Assembly (NCBI GenBank): GCA_965215195.1
Contig: CBDCDC010000002.1
Span: 1,312,001-1,376,000, forward strand
Source: Candidatus Latescibacterota bacterium
GTDB taxonomy: Bacteria > Latescibacterota > UBA2968 > UBA8231
Length of the DNA stretch: 64,000 bases
Direction of reading: 5' to 3'
Position numbers and translations under genes: made by a program. How positions within the stretch are numbered: position 1 is the stretch's first letter; every line of letters starts with the position of its first letter. Shown piece after piece: positions 55,552 through 64,000 of the stretch. Under the pieces are notes generated by a model that saw nothing but the letters and a program-made list of their open reading frames with translations, was not told where the DNA came from and searched no databases.

Positions 55552-56505
55552 ATGGACACTAGACCCTATTCCCGCCGCACCTTCCTCAAGCTGTCGACCG
55601 CGGCGGCCGCTGGCCTTTCCATAAGTGCCGCTCCCAACCACCGCGACATGCCCCACCGGATCTTGGGCCGCACAGGCGAAGCCGTTTCCCTGCTCGGCTT
55701 GGGCGGCGCACACCTAGCCGACCACGGCCACATGGAGGAAAGGGAGGCCATCGCCTTGATGCACGCGGCCATCGACGAAGGGATCAACTTCTTCGACAAT
55801 GCTTGGGGCTACTCCAACGGCAAGAGCGAGATGCGCATGGGCAAGGCCCTGCGCGGGGGCTATCGCGACCGCGTATTTCTAATGACCAAGGACACCAGCC
55901 GCCACCCCAAGCGGGCGATTGCTCACCTCGAAGAGAGCTTGCGGCGGCTGCAAACCGACGCGATTGACCTGTGGCAGTTTCACAATATCAAACAGCCCGA
56001 CGACCCACAGCGGATCTACGAGCAGGGCCTGTTAGAGGCCGCGCTCAAAGCCAAAGAGGAGGGCAAGATCCGCTACATCGGCTTCACCGGCCATACCTTG
56101 CCCGCCCTGCACGTGGAGATGATCGAGCGCGGCTTTGCTTGGGACGCCACGCAAATGCCGATCAACGTGTTTGACCCGCACTACCTCAGCTTTGTCGAGC
56201 AGGTGCTGCCGGTCGCAGTGGAAAAGAACATCGGGGTCATCGCCATGAAAACCTTGGCCGGTTCGCCCGAAGCGATCCTCGCCACGGGTGTGGCCACGGC
56301 CGCAGAGTGCTTGCGCTACGCCATGAGTCTGCCGGTGGCTACCGTGTGTTCCGGGATGGATTCGCTGGAAAAGCTGCGGCAGAACATCGCCGTTGCCCGA
56401 CAGTTCGCGCCCTTGGCCGACGAAGAGCGGCTCGCGCTTTTGTCGCGCACTCAAGAGCTGGGGATGCGGGGTACACGCGAGTCGTACAAGGCCCGCCGGC
56501 CCTGA
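55552..56505 (+). CDS. Tat-exported aldo/keto reductase
   Basis: SRRTFLK Tat signal; FFDNAWGY, FLMTK, RYIGFTGH. Confidence 0.88.
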   Translation: MDTRPYSRRTFLKLSTAAAAGLSISAAPNHRDMPHRILGRTGEAVSLLGLGGAHLADHGHMEEREAIALMHAAIDEGINFFDNAWGYSNGKSEMRMGKALRGGYRDRVFLMTKDTSRHPKRAIAHLEESLRRLQTDAIDLWQFHNIKQPDDPQRIYEQGLLEAALKAKEEGKIRYIGFTGHTLPALHVEMIERGFAWDATQMPINVFDPHYLSFVEQVLPVAVEKNIGVIAMKTLAGSPEAILATGVATAAECLRYAMSLPVATVCSGMDSLEKLRQNIAVARQFAPLADEERLALLSRTQELGMRGTRESYKARRP

Positions 56506-56510
56506 TCGCC

Positions 56511-59492
56511 GTGCGCCATCCCTTCCTTTGCCTCCTTTTTGCGCTGCCCCTGTGGGGCCAAGACCTCGCCATCGCGCCAGCCAAACCCGCTGGTCCTCCC
56601 AAGATGGAAAGTGCGCTGTGGGAGTTGGCTAGGCCCTCGGCGGCCAAGCCGACCCGCGCCAGCTCAAACGCGGTCGTCATTTTGGTGCCCACGGCGGGCG
56701 CGGCGGCCGCCATTGACACCGCAGCGTTAGCCTCCCTCGGCGTCGATATTTTGGCCCAGTCCAAGAGCCTGATGCGCGTGTCGGTTCCGCCCGCATCGCT
56801 GCGGGCGGTGTCTGAGTTACCGAGCGTGGCCTTCGTCCGCAGGCCGTACCGTCCACACGCGCAACAGACCGTTAGCGAAGGCTTAGCTCGCATCCGCGCT
56901 TTCGCACATCACGCGGCTGGCGCGAAGGGCCAAGGGATTAAGGTGGCGGTTATCGACGTCGGATTTAAGGGGGCCGATACGCTGCGCGACGACATACCAG
57001 CGCGTCGGTGGTTCCGCGACTATACGCACACGGGGATATACGCCGGGACCGCCCACGGCACCGCGTGTGCCGAGATCATCCACGACGTGGCTCCAGAAGC
57101 CGAACTCTATCTGTACAAGGTTGCGGATGAAGTGGATTTGGAGAATGCCAAAGACCGCTGCATCCAAAACGGCGTTGCCATTGTAAACCACTCGGTGACT
57201 TGGGTGGGAGAGGGCTTTGGGGACGGGCGCGGGATCATCTGCGACATTGTAAATGACGCGGCTGACAACGGCATTCTCTGGGTCAACGCGGTCGGCAACT
57301 ACGCCCAAAAGCACTACATGGGTTTTTGGCGCGATAGCGACGCCGACAATCGGCACAATTTTGCCGCCGGCGACGACGCGGTGAATTTTGCCGCTGAAAT
57401 CGGCAACGCCATAAGGGTGACCCTGACTTGGGACGATTGGCCCATCGCCACTCAGAATTACGACCTGTATCTCTACTATCAAGACGCGTCCGGCAACATC
57501 AAAGAGGTCGGCAAAAGCACGGACGTGCAGGGGAGCGGCGGTGCTCCGGTGGAGTTTATCGAATACTTCGCCGGGCGAGCGGGCACCTATGGCATTTCCG
57601 TCGTCCGCGTCGGCGAGGCCGCGCCCAAGAAGCTGCGAGTGTGGTCTTGGCACCACGACATCGAATATCCGGTCCCGGCTGGCAGCATTGGGATTCCATC
57701 GGATGCTCGCGGCGCACTGAGCGTTGGGGCGATCCACCACGACTACTGGGACTTAGGCACACTGGCAAGCTCTAGCTCGCGCGGCCCCACCGCCGATGGC
57801 CGCATCAAGCCCGACCTCGTCGCACCTTCGGGCGTGTCAACGGCTTCTTACGGTGCGGATATGTTTGGGGGGACCTCGGCTGCGGCTCCCCACGTGGCCG
57901 GTGCAGCCGCCTTGATCAAATCGGCCAATCCTTCGCTCACGCGCGACGATCTGTGGAAGGCCCTCGTCGAGGCCGCGGTCGATTTGGGGGCTCCGGGCAA
58001 GGACGACAGCACGGGATACGGCAAACTCGTGCTGTCGGTTGCCGCGCCGCAAATTGCGAGCGTCTCGCCGCGCCGCATTCAATACGGCCAAACAGCGACC
58101 ATCGTCGGCGAGGATTTCGGCGCAGACAGAGGGACGAGCAAAGTGGTCTTTTTCGCGGGAATGGAGCCGAGCGATTCCGACTATCTCGCTTGGAGCGACG
58201 CGCAGATTCGAGTGCGCGTGCCGACCGGTGCTCGCACCGGCAAGATGCAGGTGATAACCGGCAGCGGCAGCGACGGTGCGCCGGTGGTCGTCACATCCCC
58301 TTACATCGACGCGATCGCCAATCACACGCGCATGGATGCGCGGGCCAAGACCGGCGATCTCATCGAAATTGCCGGAGACAATTTCGGCCTCGCGCAGGAC
58401 AGCAGTTCCGTGCGGATTGATTCGGTCGCGGCGTCTTCGTTTGAGGCTTGGTCGGATGAGACGATACGATTCCGCGTTCCGCTCAATGCGCCCTCGGGCG
58501 ACGTAACTGTTGCGACGTCTGAGGGCACCAGCAATGCCGTCCGCGTGGAAATCGCCAGCCCGTACTTGGCGCAACTTTCGCCACCGCAAGTACAGGCCGG
58601 CGAGCACCTGACCCTGACCGGCGGCAACTTTGGCCCCGAGCGCGGCACCGGGTACGTGTTGTTTAATCCCAATGTGCAAGCGGCGGCGGCCGATTACGCG
58701 GTCTGGTCCAACGGCATCATCGTCGTGCGGGTCCCGTTTGAGGCCCGCAGCGGCGCGGTGCAGGTTTTTACCGATGCTGGGGCGACCGGAGCCGCGCACG
58801 TTGAGATTGGCAGCGAATGGGTAGAGCCGCTGCCGAGCAGTGGAATTTTCGGCTACAGCCCGCCCGCGGTTAGCAAAAATCCCAAAAGCGTCCGGTTCGG
58901 TTTTGCGGGGATCAACGGCGATGTCCTATGTCAATTTTCGACTAAGGAAATAAGCGACGACGAGGTCGTCATTTTCCTCAACGAACAGCAGTACGCCGCG
59001 GTGCCGGAGAGTGAGGATTGGACGATTCGGTATCTCGTCCTCCATGAAACAGACCTCCAATCCGGTCAAAACATCATCGAGTTCCGCAATATCATCAATC
59101 AAGACCGCGCCGCATCCTTCGCCCGCTGGCAGTTGAAGGACGTGATGCTGTGGAAGCCGTTTAGTGCCAAGCTGGCCGCCGGGACGCGGCTTTTGTCCAA
59201 GCTGCCGGACGGACTAGTGTCCGGCTTAGGCAACCCCTTCCCCACGCCGTTCAACGCCGAAGTGACCATTCCCTTTGCTCTGGTCGAGGCCGGCCCGGTG
59301 CGGCTTTCTGTCTATAACCTGATGGGGCAGCAGATTCGCGTGTTGGCCGATGGCTGGGTGACTGCTGGCGCACACCACGTGCGCTGGGACGGTCGCACGG
59401 CTGCGGGCACCGAAGTCGCTTCGGGGGTCTATTGGGCCGTTTTGCAAGCCGGCGAGGCCGTGCAAACGGCCAAATTGGCGTTGATTCGCTGA
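56511..59492 (+). CDS. Secreted S8 subtilase with three IPT/TIG domains and a C-terminal FlgD-like domain
   Basis: Catalytic triad VAVID, HGTACA, GTSAAAPHVAG; IPT repeats; PFPTPFNA..YNLMGQ..WDG..SGVY. Confidence 0.9.
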   Translation: MRHPFLCLLFALPLWGQDLAIAPAKPAGPPKMESALWELARPSAAKPTRASSNAVVILVPTAGAAAAIDTAALASLGVDILAQSKSLMRVSVPPASLRAVSELPSVAFVRRPYRPHAQQTVSEGLARIRAFAHHAAGAKGQGIKVAVIDVGFKGADTLRDDIPARRWFRDYTHTGIYAGTAHGTACAEIIHDVAPEAELYLYKVADEVDLENAKDRCIQNGVAIVNHSVTWVGEGFGDGRGIICDIVNDAADNGILWVNAVGNYAQKHYMGFWRDSDADNRHNFAAGDDAVNFAAEIGNAIRVTLTWDDWPIATQNYDLYLYYQDASGNIKEVGKSTDVQGSGGAPVEFIEYFAGRAGTYGISVVRVGEAAPKKLRVWSWHHDIEYPVPAGSIGIPSDARGALSVGAIHHDYWDLGTLASSSSRGPTADGRIKPDLVAPSGVSTASYGADMFGGTSAAAPHVAGAAALIKSANPSLTRDDLWKALVEAAVDLGAPGKDDSTGYGKLVLSVAAPQIASVSPRRIQYGQTATIVGEDFGADRGTSKVVFFAGMEPSDSDYLAWSDAQIRVRVPTGARTGKMQVITGSGSDGAPVVVTSPYIDAIANHTRMDARAKTGDLIEIAGDNFGLAQDSSSVRIDSVAASSFEAWSDETIRFRVPLNAPSGDVTVATSEGTSNAVRVEIASPYLAQLSPPQVQAGEHLTLTGGNFGPERGTGYVLFNPNVQAAAADYAVWSNGIIVVRVPFEARSGAVQVFTDAGATGAAHVEIGSEWVEPLPSSGIFGYSPPAVSKNPKSVRFGFAGINGDVLCQFSTKEISDDEVVIFLNEQQYAAVPESEDWTIRYLVLHETDLQSGQNIIEFRNIINQDRAASFARWQLKDVMLWKPFSAKLAAGTRLLSKLPDGLVSGLGNPFPTPFNAEVTIPFALVEAGPVRLSVYNLMGQQIRVLADGWVTAGAHHVRWDGRTAAGTEVASGVYWAVLQAGEAVQTAKLALIR

Positions 59493-59520
59493 ACCGAATA
59501 GTGCCTGCCACGAATTTTCC

Positions 59521-59548
59521 TTGACGACTCGTTTTGAGGGCGTACTAT
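59521..59548 (+). promoter_or_regulatory. Sigma70-like promoter
   Basis: TTGACG-16bp-TACTAT. Confidence 0.5.
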
Positions 59549-59616
59549 AAGCCGCCGCAACTCGCGTCGGCATTCCACATGCTAGATACACTCATCTCTT
59601 ACAGCATGGAGCGGAA

Positions 59617-62600
59617 ATGAAATCAATTAATCGTTGTAGAATTATGACCGCCCTTTTCTCGGGCATCCTTGGCTATGTACCCCTTTGGGGACAAGACCTA
59701 AACTTCACACCGGCCAAACCCGACGGCCCTGCCAAGCTACAGAGTGCGTTGTGGGAGTTGGCAACGCCGCGGGCGGCCAAGTCGAGCCGCGCCTTACAGG
59801 ATACGGTCGTCGTCATCTTGGTTCCACAGCTTGGCCAAGCGTCGGCTTCGATTGACACGTCGTCGCTGGCAGCACTTGGGGGAAGGGTGTTGGCGCAGTC
59901 CAAGAGCCTGATGCGGATTTCGGTCCCGGCGGCGTCGTTACTGGCGGTCTCGGAATTGCCGGGAGTTGGCTTTGTCCGCCGGCCGTACCGGCCGCATTCG
60001 CAACTGACCCTTAGCGAGGGCGGGGCTTACATCAAAGCGTATGATAATTACCTCGCGGGTGTCAGAGGCCAAGGGGTCAAGGTGGCGATTATCGACGGAG
60101 GAGGATTTAAGGGGGCGAACCAGTTGGGTCAAGACATGCCGGCGCGTTGGCGATACCGCGACTATACGGGCGAGGGGATATACGCCGGCGAGGGCGTCCA
60201 CGGCACAGGGTGTGCCGAGATCGTCCACGACGTGGCTCCTGATGCTGAGCTCACGCTTCTGAAGACGGGCGATCTGCTTGACTTTGAAAATGCCAAGGAC
60301 TTCTGCATACGAGAGGGAATTGACATAATCAGTGATTCTGGGACTTGGCCAACAACGGGTTTTGGCGACGGCCGAGGGTTCGCCTGCGACATTGTAAACG
60401 ACGCCGCGGATAATGGCATTCTCTGGGTGAATGCGGCAGGCAATGGCGCAGAGAGCCATTACTCCGGGTTCTGGTCTGATCGCGATGATGACGATTGGCA
60501 CAACTTTAGAGGTGGAGATGAGTTGCTAACATTTGAAGCAGAGGAAGGAGATGAGATAGATATTGCGTTGATCTGGAATGATTGGCCGACCACCTCCAAA
60601 ATTACGACTTGTATCTTTATCATGACGACGAGCGGGTTGCCAAAAGTACGGATATTCAATCAAGGAATGCACCCAAAGCTCCCGTAGAATGGATCGAAAT
60701 CAAAGCAGAAAGATCGGGAAGATATGGAATTGCTGTTCGCAGCGAGGGCGCTCAGCCCAGAAGGCTGAAAATATGGTCGTTTGAGCACAATTTTGAAGCG
60801 TATGCGGTTGCGGAGAACAGCATAGAAGTTCCATCCGACGCACGAGGAGCCATGGCCGTCGGGGCAGTCCATTATTGGAACTATGGCTCAGGAAGAGTTG
60901 CAGAGTACAGCTCTCGCGGCCCCACCACCGATGGCCGCATCAAACCCGAACTCGTCGCGCCTAGTGGAGTGGCGACGGTTTCTTATGGAGCGGACGGTTT
61001 TTTTGGCACCTCGGCTGCGGCACCCCACGTGGCCGGCGCGGCCGCCCTGATCAAGTCGGCGAATCCCTCGTACTCGCGCACTCAATTGTGGAACGCACTG
61101 GTCGCGGCCACGGTTGACGTAGGAACCCGGGGCAGGGATAACACCAGCGGATACGGCAAACTTGTCCTGCCGGCTTTACGGAACACTTCATCTTTATCTC
61201 GCGCTCCCCAAATCACGTCCGTATCGCCTAGCCGGGTTCGCTACAATCAAGTCGCGACCCTCCGCGGCCGTAATTTCGGCTCCTCGCGGAGGAGCAGCTC
61301 GGTGCGGATTGGTTCGGTGGTGGTCTCTTCATTCACTGCTTGGTCAAACACCACAATCAAGTTCCGCGTTCCTCTCAATACTCCTCCCGGCAACCTGACC
61401 GTTAGAACGTCAGAAGGCACCAGCAATTCCGTCCGCCTAGGCATAACAAGCCCGCATCTGACGCGAATCGCACCTACGCAAGCAAAAACGAGGGCTCCTC
61501 TAACGCTAACGGGCGGCAATTTTGGCACTAGACGCGGCAGCGGCTACGTTTTATTTTCCTCCAATGTCCGGCCTTCGGCTGCGGACTATGTGAGTTGGTC
61601 CAACAGCAGAATTGTCGTCCGGGTTCCGTCCCAAGCCCGCAGCGGCAATGTGCAGGTCGTTACCTCGAATGGGAGGTCGGGGACGAGGCTTTTACAGGTC
61701 GCTTCCTCTCGCGCTCCTCAAATCACGTCCGTATCGCCCAGCCGAGTGCGATACAATCAAGTCGCGACCCTCCGTGGCCGTAATTTCGGCTCCTCGCGGA
61801 GGAGCAGTTCGGTGCGGATAGGTTCGGTGGTGGTCTCTTCATTCACTGCGTGGTCAAACACCGCAATCAAGTTCCGCGTTCCCCTCAATACGCCTCCCGG
61901 CAACCTAACCGTTAGAACGTCGGAAGGCACCAGTAATTCCGTCCGCCTAGGCATAACAAGCCCGTATCTGACGCGAATCGCACCTACGCAAGCAAAACCA
62001 GGGACTCGTCTAACGCTAGCGGGCGGCAACTTTGGCACTAGACGTGGCACTGGCTACGTTTTATTTACTTCCAATGTACGACCCGCTGCTACAGACTATG
62101 TGAGTTGGTCCAACAGCAGAATTGTCGTCAAGGTCCCAAGTAGGGCACAAAGCGGCAATGTGCAGGTCGTTACCTCGAATGGAAGGTCGGGGACGAAGCG
62201 GCTTGAAATCGAACAGTTAAAGCCATTGCCGAGCAGAGGGCTCTTCGGCTACAGTCCGCCTGCGGTTAGCAAAAATCCCAAAAGCGTCAAGTTCGGCTTT
62301 CAGGGCATTGGCGAAGATATTGCGCTAGGATGGTCTCTCAAAAATGATGCCGAGGTCGATATTTTGGTCAACGGTCAAAGAGTATGGCGCATTCCAGTAA
62401 GCGACGATTGGAAAATTTGGGGGGGCATTGTAAAACAGACGTATCTCAATTCTGGTCAGAATGTGCTCGAATTTCGCAACAGGGCCAACCAGAGCCGCAC
62501 GAGTTCCTTTACCCATTGGCAGTTGAAGGACGTGAAGTGGTGGAAGCCTGCCAATGCCAAGCCAGTTGCCGGGGCGAATTGGTCCGTCGTCGAATCCGGC

Positions 62601-62867
62601 CTAGGCGCTCCCTTTCCCACGCCGTTCAACGCCGAAGTTACCATTCCCTTTGCCTTGGCCGAGGCCGGCCCGGTGCGGCTTTCCGTCTATAACCTGATGG
62701 GGCAGTCCATTCGCGTGTTGGCCGATGGCTGGGTGGCTGCGGGCGCACACCACGTGCGCTGGGACGGTCGCACGGCTGCGGGCGCGGTGGCCGCTTCGGG
62801 GGTCTATTGGGCCGTGCTGCAAGCCGGCGATACCGTGCAAACGGCTAAATTGGCGTTGATTCGCTGA
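59617..62867 (+). pseudogene. Second S8 subtilase / 4x IPT / FlgD-like paralogue, frameshifted near 60597 (real lesion or sequencing error)
   Basis: Two overlapping ORFs. Paralogue 1 reads WPIATQNYDL; here ACC TCC AAA ATT needs one extra base to read TSQNYDL. Confidence 0.8.
61197..62199. repeat. 510-bp-period tandem duplication of two IPT domains
   Basis: 61197-61689 and 61707-62199 are near-identical at DNA and protein level. Confidence 0.93.
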
Positions 62868-62949
62868 GCGTTGTCCGGCGCTTGACAGCGAAAATTTGAG
62901 GGCGTATTTGATTGACATGGGGATTCACAATCCTGCGGTTAGGCGAATA

Positions 62950-64000
62950 ATGGCGGTGAGTATTGCTGATCTTCTCAGGCTCGTGGAAGGTAAGACGCTG
63001 GAATTTAAGCGGGACGTGTCTTCCCCTAAAAACCTGCTGAAAACGCTAGTGGCTTTTGCAAACACCGCGGGTGGGCGGGTGATCGTTGGCGTGGACGATA
63101 GCTCTCGCTCGCCAGTGGGGATAGAGAATCCACTCGATGAAGAGGAGCGGCTTTGCAGTCTGATCGCCGACTCCATCCGACCACGCTTGGTTCCGAACGT
63201 CGAGATGACGACGGTTGATGGCCAAACCCTGCTCGTAGTAGAAGTGTTTCTGAGTGGGTCCCGGCCGCATTGGTTGAAGGCCGAAGGCCCTGAGCGCGGG
63301 GCCTATGTCCGCTTAGGCTCCACCAATCGGCTGGCCGATCGGGAATTGCTCGCCGAGTTGAGGCGCTCGGTGGCAGGCGTTGCTTATGATGAACTCCCGA
63401 TGCCCGAACTGTCGGTTGCCGATTTGGACTTGGTGGTACTGAAGGAGCTATTTCGCGACCAGCGCGACCTCGGCGCAAGGGAGCTGCTCACCCTGAGACT
63501 GCTGACCAACGAGCAGGGGCGACGGGTGCCGACTAGGGGAGCGGTTTTGCTCGTCGGAAAAGAGCGGGAAAGACATTTTCCCGACGCTTGGGTGCAATGC
63601 GGACGCTTTATCGGACGGGACAAAGCGGATATTTTCGATCACATCGAACTGCACGACCCGCTGCCGCAGGCGGTCGAAAGCATCCTGTTGTTTCTCAAAA
63701 AACACGCCATGCGCGGGGCCGACTTTTCCGCAATCCGGCGCAAAGACCGATGGAGCATTCCCCTTGGGATTTTGCGCGAGGTGGTCATTAACGCGTTGGT
63801 TCACGCCGACTATTCGCAGAAGGGGGGACCCATTCGGGTGGCTTTTTTTGACGACCGCATTGAGGTCGAAAATCCCGGCATCCTCCTGCCGGGTTTGACC
63901 CTCGACGATATCCGTCAGGGCCTCTCAAAAATTCGCAACCACGTCATTGCACGGGTCTTCCGCGAGTTGAACCTGATTGAACAGGGGGGCAGCGGCATCC
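62950..64000 (+). CDS. AlbA_2/Schlafen-domain protein with a RecG-C/HATPase-like domain; runs off the right edge (alternative start 62917)
   Basis: Not in the ORF track. EGKTLEFKR, VAFANTAGG.VIVGV, LREVVINALVHADY, DRIEVENPG, RNHVIARVF. Confidence 0.88.
   Translation, partial: MAVSIADLLRLVEGKTLEFKRDVSSPKNLLKTLVAFANTAGGRVIVGVDDSSRSPVGIENPLDEEERLCSLIADSIRPRLVPNVEMTTVDGQTLLVVEVFLSGSRPHWLKAEGPERGAYVRLGSTNRLADRELLAELRRSVAGVAYDELPMPELSVADLDLVVLKELFRDQRDLGARELLTLRLLTNEQGRRVPTRGAVLLVGKERERHFPDAWVQCGRFIGRDKADIFDHIELHDPLPQAVESILLFLKKHAMRGADFSAIRRKDRWSIPLGILREVVINALVHADYSQKGGPIRVAFFDDRIEVENPGILLPGLTLDDIRQGLSKIRNHVIARVFRELNLIEQGGSGI

Noticed and set aside
59220-62867. Diversity-generating retroelement template/variable repeat pair
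   Set aside because: Differences between the two tails are not confined to adenines, both copies are coding, and no reverse transcriptase is present.

Overview
This is a GC-rich bacterial chromosomal window. FlgD-like 'GQNYPNPFNP'/'PFPTPFNA' domains, LRR/ASH/IPT surface proteins and many orphan catabolic enzymes suggest an FCB-group organism such as Latescibacterota, possibly a host or sponge symbiont (inference). It holds about 60 CDS: housekeeping genes (rsmA, trxB, rsfS, mtnA, mreD-mrdA-rodA, soj-like parA, mazG, ppk2), catabolic enzymes, glycosyltransferases and large secreted proteins. Small lower-GC addiction islets are scattered between them. Main observations: (1) Four separate toxin-antitoxin or restriction-modification modules have lost only the toxic gene (MazF/PemK, a PD-(D/E)xK nuclease, a BstYI/BglII-type nuclease, a PIN toxin), while the antitoxin or methylase is still open. 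(2) CCWGG looks depleted window-wide, with abundant CTTGG/CCAAG/CTAGG/CCTAG, as expected from unrepaired m5C deamination. (3) Two abutting MITEs sit in a heptamer-repeat tract between rsmA and trxB. (4) A small protein plus retropepsin gene pair is organised like a toxin-antitoxin module. (5) Two tandem mosaic S8-protease/IPT/FlgD genes are present. I saw no rRNA, tRNA or CRISPR array. All family assignments come from motif recognition by eye, not database searches.
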